From Caulobacter sp. (GTDB lineage: Bacteria; Pseudomonadota; Alphaproteobacteria; Caulobacterales; Caulobacteraceae), in contig WGLL01000015.1 in the NCBI GenBank assembly GCA_016125585.1, forward strand, positions 47,668-111,667: a stretch of DNA of 64,000 bases. Direction: 5' to 3'. The translations under genes were made by a program, and so were the position numbers. Under the pieces are notes generated by a model. It saw only the letters and a program-made list of their open reading frames with translations, was not told the DNA's origin and did not search any database. Shown here one piece after another: positions 18,734-31,530 of the stretch; within the stretch, counting starts at the first letter, position 1; each line of letters opens with the position of its first letter.

Positions 18734-18801
18734 ATAGGGCTCTGCCCCGCATCCTTTCCCACTGGCCTCGACCACCGGCCCGCCCTATATCCGGCCGCTT
18801 C

Positions 18802-19063
18802 ATGGATGAGACTCGACTCAAGCGCATCAGGACGCGCGCCTGGCGGCGCGGCTTCCGGGAAATGGACCTCATTCTGGGGCCGTTCGCGGACCAGCACGCC
18901 CAGAGTCTGGATGAGGCCGAGCTGGCGGCGTTCGAGGCCCTGCTGACCGCTGACGATCAGGACGTCTACGGCTGGATCATCGGTCGGGAACCGCCGCCGC
19001 CCGAGCACGACACGCCGCTGATGGTGAAGCTGCAGGCTTTCGACCCCAGCCAGGGCATCGATC

Positions 19064-19074
<11 letters not shown>
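18802..19074 (+). CDS. sdhE: FAD assembly factor SdhE
   Basis: RAWRRGFREMDLILGPFA, DQDVYGWI. Confidence 0.92.
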
Positions 19075-22531
<3,457 letters not shown>

Positions 22532-22643
22532 GGGCAGAACGGGGGCGGGTTGTCCGACCAGCCGCCTATCGACACTGGAGTGGCCCTTCAGTGCAATAGT
22601 TATTATCAGCAGAAAAATTCGCGTGCATAGGACGCGCGAGACC

Positions 22644-22747
22644 GGCGCGTGTCCCGATGAGTGGGAGCCGGTAATCGGATCAAACACGCGGCAACAAAAG
22701 ATCTGGAGCAGCGCGGTTTGATTCCATCAAATCGCGCCCTGCTCTAG
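22644..22747. repeat. CIR/BRU-RS-like two-hairpin intergenic repeat with GANTC in the loop (family B)
   Basis: Hairpin 1 is CGCGTGT..AGTGG..CCGG..ACACGCG, the linker is AACAAAAGAT, and hairpin 2 is GAGCAGCGCGGTTTGATTCCATCAAATCGCGCCCTGCTCTAG with GATTC at 22720-22724. Confidence 0.7.
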
Positions 22748-22765
22748 GGGGGCGAGGCGAGGCGA

Positions 22766-23215
22766 CTACGGCCCATGGCCCGGTGCGGCTGGCCAGGGCT
22801 CGGTCGGCCAGCGGGGCGTCGCGCCGTCTCGTCGCTTCAAGTACCAGTCGGGCAGCGGCGGCGGCCGGCACGGGCCCTCCGCTTGGCAGAAGAGCACTGG
22901 CACCACCACCTTTTGGCCCTTGGGCAGAGTCCCGTGCGACTTCGTCGTCAGTTTCGGCTGCATGTCCAGTGCGGCCTTGCCGAACCCCCAATCGACCGGA
23001 TTCTCGTAGCCGACGATGCAGTTCTTGACGCCCTGGTCGCCCGTGGCCTCGCAGATCAGGAGCACCCGCCCGCCGACGTTGGCATTCAGCGCGCGTTCCG
23101 GGGTGTAGGCGGAGCCCCGGTTCTCCCTCGGGCCGGCGTAGTTCTCGCCGTAGATCCGCTCGGCCGCACAGCCCGCCAGGGCCAGCGCCGCGACCAAGAT
23201 GCCCATCCGCTTCAT
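22766..23215 (-). CDS. TonB C-terminal-domain lipoprotein
   Basis: Lipobox LAGC; AYTPERALNANVGGRVLLIC...CIV..ENP..WGFGKAAL. Confidence 0.7.
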   Translation of the reverse strand: MKRMGILVAALALAGCAAERIYGENYAGPRENRGSAYTPERALNANVGGRVLLICEATGDQGVKNCIVGYENPVDWGFGKAALDMQPKLTTKSHGTLPKGQKVVVPVLFCQAEGPCRPPPLPDWYLKRRDGATPRWPTEPWPAAPGHGP

Positions 23216-23808
23216 AGAAATCGCCCCCAACCACCCCGCAAGGCTAGCGTCGCCGGCCCTCTATCGACAAGCCGGAGGACTGGAAAGACCCCCTCGCTTG
23301 AGACAGTGATATAATGACAGCTCATTGCTGCCGTTTGCGCCATGGGCTGCTGCGCGGCAGCCCCCAGTCTGGTTTGCTTCGTACTTGAACCGCGACGGTG
23401 CACAAACTGCCATTGTCCGCTCGCTGTACAGATTGCGATTTAGCTGCATCGGGACGGGTTGTCTGACCCACCGTCCCGCCCATTGACCGGACCGGACCAA
23501 CCTGTCCCGGTTTCATGCTCCGGAGACCATGCGATAATCAGCGACCGCTTCGCTTCCGCTGGCCTGCTCCCCCCGCCAACGGCCGTCTCTCAAACGCACC
23601 GGAGTCTCACGCGCGGCTTACGGTCCCCTGATCCCGGCCTTATCAGACCCTGATCCGCACCCACCCTAAGACTCCGCACAAGACCTTGAAAACGCTTGCC
23701 AATCCGCTGTTTTCCGCCGATCCCGGGAAAATCTTGGTTCGGAACGTCGTGAAAATGTCGGCGACCCGCCCTATGACGACGCCGAACCTCTCCCACAGGA
23801 ACCGCTTC

Positions 23809-25569
23809 ATGTCGCTACGCCGCTGGTCCAGCGCCCTTGCCGCCTTCGCCCTGCTCGCCGTCCCGGCCCTGGCCGCCGCCGCCGAACCCAAGGCGCCGCC
23901 GAAGCTGGTGGTGGTGATCAGCGTCGACCAGTACAGCGCCAACCTGTTCGATCAGTATCGCGGCAAATACACCGGCGGCCTGCGCACCCTGGCCGACCAG
24001 GGGCTGGTCTATATCAACGGCTACCAGAGCCACATGGGCACCGAGACCTGCCCCGGCCATTCGACCATCCTGACCGGCAAGCATCCCAACAAGACCGGCA
24101 TCCCGGCCAACGACTGGCTCGATCCGGAAACCGGCGAGGAGGTCTACTGTTTCGAGAACAAGGCCAACGCCCTGGCCGACCCGCTGGGCGGCGGCAACGG
24201 TCCGGTCGGTCCCGACAACATGAAGGCCACCACCCTCGGCGACTGGCTCAAGGCCGCCGCGCCGTCGAGCCGGGTGTTCGGCATTTCCGGCAAGGACCGC
24301 GGCGCCATCGCCCTGTCCGGTCACCATGGCGACGGCGTCTTCTGGTGGCGGGATGGCTTTGGCTTCACCACCTTCGTCGAGCCCGGTCAGGACGCCCAGG
24401 CCCGGCTGGCGCCCGTCGCCCCGCTCAACGCCGAACTGAAGGCCCGTTTCGTCGCCAACCCGCCGGTCTGGACCTATCGCCAGGACGAATGCCGCAAGCT
24501 GGAAGGCGACTATGTCATCGCCGGGGAGGCCTGGCACACGACCATTCCGCCGAAGAAATACAGCTTCGAGACCTCGCCATTCCTCGATGAGGTGACCGTC
24601 GAGGGCGCGCTGCGCCTGCTGAAGGACGAGAAGCTGGGCGCCGGCGACACCACCGACATCCTGGCCATCAGCCTCTCGGGCACCGACCGCATCGGCCACG
24701 GTTTCGGCACCCAGGGGCCGGAGATGTGCGAGCAGATGTATCGCCTGGACACGGCCCTCGGAACCCTGCTGACGGCGCTCAAGGACGTGCCCGGCGGGGC
24801 GATCGTGGTGCTGACCGCCGACCATGGCGGCTCCGACTTCCCCGAGCGGCTGGCCATGCGCGGCTATCCTGACGCCCGCCGCGTCGACTTCACGATCCTG
24901 CCCCGCGTCAACGCCGCCCTGAAGGCCCGGTTCAATCTGACCGTCGATCCGATCGCCTATGACGGCAGCGGCTTCAACATCGTCGGTGAGGGCAAGAAAC
25001 GCCTGCCGCAGCCCCTGCGCGGCGAGGTCGCCCGGGCGGCGGTCGCGCTGCTGGCGGCGGAGCCCGATGTCGCCGCCGCCTTCACCCTGGAAGATCTGCT
25101 GGCCACGCCCGACCCGGCGCCCGGCACGCCGCCGGAGATGTTCACCCTCAGGCAGCGCGCGGCCCTCAGCGCCGTCGCCGGCCGCTCGCCCGATGTGGCG
25201 GTGATCCTCAAGCCCGGCGTCTACCCCCTGCGGGCCAGGGTCGGCGGGGCGATCAGCACCCATGGCAGCGCCTGGGACTACGACCGCCGGGTGCCGATCC
25301 TGGTCTGGTGGCCGGGCGCGACCGGTCAGGAGCGGATGCTGCCCATCGACACCACCGACATCGCCCCGACCCTGGCCCATCTGCTGGGCCTGACCCCACC
25401 GGCTGATGTCGACGGCCGGTGCATCGACCTGGGTGGCTTTACGGTCGACGCCTGTCCGGCGGCGCCGGTCGCTCAGCCGGCTCCGCCCGTCGAAGCGGCG
25501 CCCGCGCCGGCTCCGGCCAAGCCCGAGAAGAAGTCGGGCTTCCGCTGGCCCTGGGAAAAGAAGGCCTAG
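23809..25569 (+). CDS. Alkaline phosphatase family protein (PafA/NPP-like), exported
   Basis: Signal peptide; VVVISVDQ, TETCPGHSTILTG (Thr nucleophile), TDRIGH, LTADHG, THGS. Confidence 0.88.
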   Translation: MSLRRWSSALAAFALLAVPALAAAAEPKAPPKLVVVISVDQYSANLFDQYRGKYTGGLRTLADQGLVYINGYQSHMGTETCPGHSTILTGKHPNKTGIPANDWLDPETGEEVYCFENKANALADPLGGGNGPVGPDNMKATTLGDWLKAAAPSSRVFGISGKDRGAIALSGHHGDGVFWWRDGFGFTTFVEPGQDAQARLAPVAPLNAELKARFVANPPVWTYRQDECRKLEGDYVIAGEAWHTTIPPKKYSFETSPFLDEVTVEGALRLLKDEKLGAGDTTDILAISLSGTDRIGHGFGTQGPEMCEQMYRLDTALGTLLTALKDVPGGAIVVLTADHGGSDFPERLAMRGYPDARRVDFTILPRVNAALKARFNLTVDPIAYDGSGFNIVGEGKKRLPQPLRGEVARAAVALLAAEPDVAAAFTLEDLLATPDPAPGTPPEMFTLRQRAALSAVAGRSPDVAVILKPGVYPLRARVGGAISTHGSAWDYDRRVPILVWWPGATGQERMLPIDTTDIAPTLAHLLGLTPPADVDGRCIDLGGFTVDACPAAPVAQPAPPVEAAPAPAPAKPEKKSGFRWPWEKKA

Positions 25570-26582
25570 GCGCCCAGCATCCGGGCGGCGCGGGGCGCGA
25601 AATAGGTGATCACGCCGGCGCATCCGGCCCGCTTGAAGGCGCCCAGGCTCTCCAGGATGGCGCGCTCCTCGTCGATCCAGCCGTTCTGGGCCGCCGCCAT
25701 GATCATGGCGTACTCGCCGCTGACCTGGAACGCGAAGGTGGGCATGGCGAACGCATCCACCAGCCGCCGGGCGATATCCAGATAGGGCATGCCGGGCTTG
25801 ACCATCACCATGTCGGCCCCCTCGGCGATGTCCAGGGCCACCTCGCGGATCGCCTCGTCGCTGTTGGCGGCGTCCATCTGGTAGGTCTTCTTGTCGCCGG
25901 GGTTGTCGATGTCGCCGGACCCCAGCTTCCCCGAGCCGATGGCGTCGCGATAGGGACCGTAGAAGGCCGAGGCGTATTTGGCGGCGTAGGACATGATCAT
26001 CACGTCCTGCAGGCCCTCGGCCTCCAGCGCGGCGCGGATGACGCCGACACGGCCGTCCATCATGTCCGACGGGGCCAGGATATCGCAGCCGGCCCGGGCC
26101 TGGACCAGGGCCTGCTCGACCAGCCGTTCGATGGTGGCGTCGTTAACGATCTTGCCGTCCTTCAGCACCCCGTCGTGGCCGTGGGTGGTGAAGGGGTCCA
26201 GCGCCACGTCGCACATGATCCCGACCTCCGGCGCGGCGGCCTTCATGGCCCGCACGGCGCGGCAGATGACGCCGTCCTCCTCGGCCGCCAGAGATCCCTC
26301 GGCGTCCTTCCGGGCGCCGTCGATGTGGGGGAAGATGGCGATGCAGGGGATGCCCAGCTCGCGGGCCTCGACAGCCGCCTTGGCCGCTTCCTCGACGCTG
26401 AGGCGTTCGACCCCCGGCATCGACGCCACCGGGATGCGGCCCTCGCCCTCATGCACCACCATCGACCAGATCAGGTCGGATGGTTGCAGGCTGGTTTCCC
26501 GCACCATCCGGCGGGTCCAGTCAGACTGGCGCAGGCGGCGCAGGCGGGTGGCGGGATAGGCGGCGAGGGGAGGAACGGTCAT
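25566..26582 (-). CDS. hemB: Porphobilinogen synthase
   Basis: YPATRLRRLR, DVALDPFT.HGHDG, APSDMMDGRV, YAAKYAS, VMVKPG. Confidence 0.96.
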   Translation of the reverse strand: MTVPPLAAYPATRLRRLRQSDWTRRMVRETSLQPSDLIWSMVVHEGEGRIPVASMPGVERLSVEEAAKAAVEARELGIPCIAIFPHIDGARKDAEGSLAAEEDGVICRAVRAMKAAAPEVGIMCDVALDPFTTHGHDGVLKDGKIVNDATIERLVEQALVQARAGCDILAPSDMMDGRVGVIRAALEAEGLQDVMIMSYAAKYASAFYGPYRDAIGSGKLGSGDIDNPGDKKTYQMDAANSDEAIREVALDIAEGADMVMVKPGMPYLDIARRLVDAFAMPTFAFQVSGEYAMIMAAAQNGWIDEERAILESLGAFKRAGCAGVITYFAPRAARMLGA

Positions 26583-26622
26583 GGCGGCGGTGTCGCGCAA
26601 CAGCGGCGCGGGCGCAAGCGGC

Positions 26623-27093
26623 TCATGCCTGTGGCTGGGGCGGGGCGGCGGTGATCAGTCGAATGAAGCCCACGGCGGGGGCAACGAGGGCCCAGAGGGT
26701 CATCAGCACCAGCGACACCGCCGAGGCGATGAACAGGCCGATCACCTGCGGCTTCAGATCCAGCTGCTGGATATCGATGTCGACGCCGGATGCGTCATCG
26801 ACCGACACATGCCCGTTGCCCCAGACCTGTCCGGCGAAGTCCAGCACTGCCCACAGCCCGCAGATGCCGGCGATCAGCCCGAGCAGGAAGGCGATCCAGA
26901 AGATCTGGATCTGGAAGCGGTAGTGATTGCGCATCATCGGCGTCGCGCCGCCCTTCTGGGCGTAGGCGATGACGACCGCCACGATCCCCGGCACGCCAAC
27001 GAAAAAGAGCGAGGCGAACAGCAGGCCGTAGTTGATCAGACCCAGAACCCTGTCGGTTTCGAACCGGCTGGTCTCGTCTTGCGTGACCGTCAT
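26623..27093 (-). CDS. DUF4870-like membrane protein
   Basis: GIVAVVIAYAQK...NHYRFQIQIFW; three hydrophobic segments. Confidence 0.7.
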   Translation of the reverse strand: MTVTQDETSRFETDRVLGLINYGLLFASLFFVGVPGIVAVVIAYAQKGGATPMMRNHYRFQIQIFWIAFLLGLIAGICGLWAVLDFAGQVWGNGHVSVDDASGVDIDIQQLDLKPQVIGLFIASAVSLVLMTLWALVAPAVGFIRLITAAPPQPQA

Positions 27094-27206
27094 GCGCTCT
27101 CCCCCGGGGCGACGCCGCCCGACATTGACAGCTTGGCCTGTCGGCGTCAGGTCATCAAGCCACAAGGAAAGAGGCAACTCTTCGCACCGATCAGGACTTA
27201 CCAAGC

Positions 27207-28346
27207 ATGGATTTCTCCCTCTCCGACGATCAGCGGGCCATTCAGGAGATGGCTCAGGCCTTCGCCAGGGATGAACTCGCCCCGCACGCCGCCAGATGGG
27301 ACGAGGAAAGCCACTTCCCGGTCGACGTTCTGCGCCAGGCCGCCGCACTTGGCTTCGCCGGGGTCTATGTGCAGGAGGACGTCGGCGGCTCGGGCCTGTC
27401 GCGCCTCGACGCCAGCCTGATCTTCGAGGCCCTGAGCTACGGCTGTGTGCCGACGGCGGCCTATCTGACCATCCACAACATGGCCTCCTGGATGATCGAC
27501 CGCTTCGCCGGCGACGAGTTGCGCCACAGGTACCTGCCGCGGCTGACGACCATGGAGCTGATCGCCAGCTACTGCCTGACCGAGCCGGGCAGCGGTTCGG
27601 ACGCCGCCGCCATGCGCACCTCGGCCCGGCTGGACGGCGACCACTATGTTCTCAACGGCTCCAAGGCCTTCATCTCGGGCGCCGGGGTCTCGGACGTCTA
27701 TGTCGTCATGGCCCGCAGCGGCGGCGACGGTCCCAAGGGCGTCTCGGCCTTCGTGGTCGAGAAGGGCTGGGAGGGCCTGTCCTTCGGCGCCAACGAAAAG
27801 AAGATGGGCTGGAAGTCGCAGCCGACCGCCCAGGTCAATTTCGACAACGTCCGGGTGCCGGTCGAAAACCGCATCGGCGGCGAGGGCGAGGGTTTCCGCT
27901 TCGCCATGATGGGCCTGGATGGCGGCCGCCTGAACATCGCCAGCTGCTCTCTGGGCGGGGCCGCCTTCGCGCTCGACACGGCCAAGGCCTACATGGAGAG
28001 CCGCAACCAGTTCGGCCGGCCGCTGAAGGACTTCCAGGCCCTGCAGTTCAAGATCGCCGACATGGCCACCGAGCTTACGGCCTCACAGCTGATGGTCCGC
28101 AACGCCGCCAGCGCCCTCGATAGTCGCGATCCCCAGGCGACCAAGCTCTGCGCCATGGCCAAGCGCTTCGCCACCGACAGTTGCTTCGAGGTCGCCAACA
28201 ACGCCTTGCAGCTGCATGGCGGCTACGGCTACCTCGCCGACTACCCGATGGAACGCATCGTCCGCGACCTCCGCGTCCACCAGATCCTCGAGGGCACCAA
28301 TGAGATCATGCGGGTGATCATCGGCAGGGAGATGTTCCGTCAGTGA
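27207..28346 (+). CDS. Isobutyryl-CoA dehydrogenase-like acyl-CoA dehydrogenase
   Basis: [40 protein letters not shown]. Clustered with HIBCH and mmsB. Confidence 0.9.
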   Translation: MDFSLSDDQRAIQEMAQAFARDELAPHAARWDEESHFPVDVLRQAAALGFAGVYVQEDVGGSGLSRLDASLIFEALSYGCVPTAAYLTIHNMASWMIDRFAGDELRHRYLPRLTTMELIASYCLTEPGSGSDAAAMRTSARLDGDHYVLNGSKAFISGAGVSDVYVVMARSGGDGPKGVSAFVVEKGWEGLSFGANEKKMGWKSQPTAQVNFDNVRVPVENRIGGEGEGFRFAMMGLDGGRLNIASCSLGGAAFALDTAKAYMESRNQFGRPLKDFQALQFKIADMATELTASQLMVRNAASALDSRDPQATKLCAMAKRFATDSCFEVANNALQLHGGYGYLADYPMERIVRDLRVHQILEGTNEIMRVIIGREMFRQ

Positions 28347-28816
28347 GACGGCCTGGGCCGCCCTGGTCCTGGATCGCCCTGATCGTCAGCGCGATTTCGA
28401 TCGGCGCGGTCATGACCCTGGGCACGTTCTTCACCGCCGGCTTCCGCCGGGGGCTCGACGCGGACATGCTGTTCGCGTTGTCGCGAATGACTGGCCTGGA
28501 GCTGCTGGCCGTCGTGACGACGATGGGTGGGTTTGGCCTGGTCTTTCTGCTGCCCGCATGGTGGCTTACCCGGATGACACGGCGAGGCAGCCGGACCTTC
28601 CTCCTGCTTTCAGCGGGAATTCCGACGCTGCTGCGGGCCGGGATGACCACCTTCTACATTGTGTCCGCAGCCCTTGAGACGGCGTCGAACATCACGCCGT
28701 TCCCGGCCAACGGCGTCTTCTACCTGCCCAACTGGCTGGAGCTGGCGGTCACCTTCGCGGCCATGTCGGCCGGCGTCGCTACCTACCTATCGGTGGCGCG
28801 GGCTGCTAAAGGCTGA
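28343..28816 (+). CDS. Hypothetical membrane protein (about 4 TM segments)
   Basis: GTGA overlap with the acyl-CoA dehydrogenase stop, 2 nt gap to the next gene, four hydrophobic stretches. Confidence 0.65.
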   Translation: MRRPGPPWSWIALIVSAISIGAVMTLGTFFTAGFRRGLDADMLFALSRMTGLELLAVVTTMGGFGLVFLLPAWWLTRMTRRGSRTFLLLSAGIPTLLRAGMTTFYIVSAALETASNITPFPANGVFYLPNWLELAVTFAAMSAGVATYLSVARAAKG

Positions 28817-28818
28817 GC

Positions 28819-29871
28819 ATGACCGACGAACCCGAAGTCCTTACCCGCATCGAAAGCGGCGTCGGCCGCATCACCCTCAATCGGCCCAGGGCGCTCCACG
28901 CCCTGACCACCAGCATGTGCGCCCTGATGACCGAAGCCCTGCTGGCCTGGCGCGAGGATGCGGCGGTTCACACCATCCTCATCGACCACAGCGGCGAGCG
29001 GGGCTTCTGCGCCGGCGGCGACATCCGCATGCTGGCCGAAAGCGGGGCGGGGGACGGCAAGGCCGCCCGTGAGTTCTTCCACACTGAATACCGGCTGAAC
29101 CATCTGCTGTTCACCTATCCCAAGCCCGTTGTGACGGTGATGGACGGGGTGACCATGGGCGGCGGCGTGGGCCTCGCCATGCCCTCCAGCGTGAGGATCG
29201 CCACCGAACGGACCACCTTCGCCATGCCCGAGACCGGCATCGGTCTGTTTCCCGATGTCGGCGGGGGCTGGTTCCTGCCCCGGCTGCCGGGGAAGAGCGG
29301 CCTCTGGCTGGCCCTGACCGGCGCGCGGATCAAGGGCGCGGACTGCGTGCGTCTGGGCATCGCCACCCACTACATGCCGTTCGAGCATGTCGAGGGCTTC
29401 AAGGCCGCGCTGATCGAGCATCCCGACGCCATCGCCGGCGCCCTGGCCCACTATGTTCGCGACGCCGGGCCGGCCCCGATCGAAGCGCATCTGGAGGACA
29501 TCGACCGGCTGTTCGGGCTGGCCTCGGTGGAGGCCATTCTCGCCGCCCTGCTGGCCGACGGCGGCGAATGGGCGAGGGCGCAACTGGCTGTGCTGGCGAC
29601 CAAGTCGCCCCAGACCCTGAAAGTCGCCTTCCGCCAACTGGCCCACGGCGCCGCCTTCGACGACTTCGCCGACAACATGACCATGGAATACCGCATCGGC
29701 GCTCGGGTGGTGCAACGCCATGATTTCCTTGAGGGAGTCCGGGCCGTGATCATCGACAAGGACAACAATCCGCGGTGGGATCCGGCGACGGTCGAGGCGG
29801 TCGGCGACGACCTGCTGGACGCCATTTTCGCGCCGCTGCCGGCGAATGAGGAATGGTCGCCGCTGACTTGA
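28819..29871 (+). CDS. 3-hydroxyisobutyryl-CoA hydrolase (enoyl-CoA hydratase/isomerase family)
   Basis: ITLNRPRALHAL, FCAGGDI, AMPETGIG.FPDVG, DF.EGVRAVIIDKD. Confidence 0.9.
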   Translation: MTDEPEVLTRIESGVGRITLNRPRALHALTTSMCALMTEALLAWREDAAVHTILIDHSGERGFCAGGDIRMLAESGAGDGKAAREFFHTEYRLNHLLFTYPKPVVTVMDGVTMGGGVGLAMPSSVRIATERTTFAMPETGIGLFPDVGGGWFLPRLPGKSGLWLALTGARIKGADCVRLGIATHYMPFEHVEGFKAALIEHPDAIAGALAHYVRDAGPAPIEAHLEDIDRLFGLASVEAILAALLADGGEWARAQLAVLATKSPQTLKVAFRQLAHGAAFDDFADNMTMEYRIGARVVQRHDFLEGVRAVIIDKDNNPRWDPATVEAVGDDLLDAIFAPLPANEEWSPLT

Positions 29872-29939
29872 GGCGCGGTTTGACCTATGGAGGAGGTCGG
29901 TCGGGGGACCGAGACAAGAACAGCGTCCAGGAGAGACCC

Positions 29940-30740
29940 ATGAAACCCCGCGCCCATTGGCTTGCCCTGGCGGCCGTGCTCGCCCTGTCCGCCTGCGCCA
30001 CCGTGCCTCCGCCGCCGCCGCCGCCGATCGAGGCCGGCGCGCCGTTGCCGCTGTGGCTGGAGAACGCCCTTCGCGATCCCTCGCGCCCCGCCGCCGACAT
30101 GGCCCGCGACGCCCAGCGCCACCCCGGCGAGACCCTGCTGTTCGCCGGCCTGCGTCCTGGCATGAAGGTCGCTGACCTGATTCCCGGCCAGGGCTATTTC
30201 ACCCGGATCTTCTCCAAGGCCATCGGTCCGAAGGGCCGTGTCTACGCCTATGTGCCCGATGAGCTGACCAAACTGGCCAAGCGCGAGCCGGCCGTGGCGG
30301 CTCTGGGGCGCGATCCGGAATACGCCAACGTCCGGATGACGCTGGACACCCTGCCCAACTTCGGCGCGCCCGAGCGGTTGGACATGGTCTTCACCGCCCA
30401 GAACTATCACGACATGCACGCCGACTTCATGGGTCCGGTGGATGTCGCCGCGGTCAATCGCCGGGTGTTCCAGGCGCTGAAACCCGGCGGCGTCTATCTG
30501 ATCATCGACCATCGAGCCAAGGCGGGCAGCGGTCTGGGAACCGCCAACACCCTGCACCGCATCGATCCGGCCATCGTCCGCCGCGAGGTCGAGGCGGCCG
30601 GGTTCATCTTTGACGGCGAAGCCTCCTTCCTGCGCTCGCCCAAGGACAATCTCACCCTGAACGTCTTCGACAAGTCGATCCGGGGTGACACCGACCAGTT
30701 CGTCTATCGCTTCAGAAAGCCTGGGAGGGCGCGGCGTTGA
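29940..30740 (+). CDS. Class I SAM-methyltransferase-fold lipoprotein (COG4798-like), copy 1
   Basis: Lipobox LSAC; RHPGETLLFAGLRPGMKVADLIPGQGYFT, QNYHD, LKPGG.Y.IIDH, LHRI, TDQFV. Confidence 0.8.
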   Translation: MKPRAHWLALAAVLALSACATVPPPPPPPIEAGAPLPLWLENALRDPSRPAADMARDAQRHPGETLLFAGLRPGMKVADLIPGQGYFTRIFSKAIGPKGRVYAYVPDELTKLAKREPAVAALGRDPEYANVRMTLDTLPNFGAPERLDMVFTAQNYHDMHADFMGPVDVAAVNRRVFQALKPGGVYLIIDHRAKAGSGLGTANTLHRIDPAIVRREVEAAGFIFDGEASFLRSPKDNLTLNVFDKSIRGDTDQFVYRFRKPGRARR

Positions 30741-31492
30741 ACAAGACCCTGATTGCATCCCTGGCCGGGGCGATCGCCCTGGCCCTCGCCGGCGTGGTCA
30801 GCGCCGGACCCGTCGCCGGCAATATCGCCGCCGCGGTCAGCGACACGGCGCGGCCCGAAGCGGACGTGTCGCGCGACGCGGTCCGCAAGCCGGCGGAAAT
30901 CCTGGCGTTCGCCGACGTCAAACCGGGCGACAAGGTTGCCGATTTCGCCATGGGCGGCGGCTATTTCACCCGCCTGTTCTCCGTTGCCGTGGGCCCGACC
31001 GGCAAGGTCTACGCCTATCAGCCGGCCGAGTTCATCCAGTACGACGCCCAGTACGGCAAGGATCTGGAGACGGTTTCAGCGGCCTACGCCAACGTCGAAC
31101 CGCTGAAGAACAGCCTTGGCGCCATGGCTTTTCCCGAGCCGCTGGACCTGATCTTCACCGCCCAGAACTATCATGACCTGTTCCTCGGCTTCATGCCGGA
31201 AACGGCCATCGCGGCGATCGACAAGGGCTTCTACGACAGCCTCAAGCCCGGCGGGGCCCTGGTCATCATCGATCACTTCGCCGCCGACGACGCCGGCCTG
31301 GACAGCACCAGCAAGCTGCACCGCATCAACATCGCCACGGTCAAGGCGCGGATGGTGGCGGTCGGGTTCGTTCTGGAGTCGGAGGGCGCCATGCTCCGCA
31401 ATCCCGCAGATCCCCGGACCGCCAGCGTCTTCGACGCCTCGATCAAGGGCAAGACCGACCAGTTCGTGCTGAAGTTCCGTAAACCCGCCTGA
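30737..31492 (+). CDS. Class I SAM-methyltransferase-fold exported protein (COG4798-like), copy 2
   Basis: TTG start overlapping the copy 1 stop; signal peptide; RKPAEILAFADVKPGDKVAD..GGGYFT, QNYHD, LHRI, TDQFV. Confidence 0.8.
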   Translation: MNKTLIASLAGAIALALAGVVSAGPVAGNIAAAVSDTARPEADVSRDAVRKPAEILAFADVKPGDKVADFAMGGGYFTRLFSVAVGPTGKVYAYQPAEFIQYDAQYGKDLETVSAAYANVEPLKNSLGAMAFPEPLDLIFTAQNYHDLFLGFMPETAIAAIDKGFYDSLKPGGALVIIDHFAADDAGLDSTSKLHRINIATVKARMVAVGFVLESEGAMLRNPADPRTASVFDASIKGKTDQFVLKFRKPA

Positions 31493-31530
31493 GCTCCGGC
31501 CGGCGCCGCAACAAGAGGTCTCCAGGTCAA

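Noticed and set aside
22718-22730. FNR/FixK-like box TTGAT..ATCAA
   Set aside because: The spacer is 3 nt, not 4. The sequence is the loop of the CIR-type repeat between convergent genes.
23301-23320. Possible Pho box (minus strand CTGTCAT-TATATCA-CTGTCT), near the alkaline phosphatase gene
   Set aside because: The repeat period is 14 rather than 11 nt, and the site is about 490 nt from the phosphatase start.
23261-23516. Minus-strand 64-79 aa ORFs in the mfd/phosphatase intergenic tract
   Set aside because: Non-host codon usage, no RBS, and mutually overlapping frames. Not supportable as genes.
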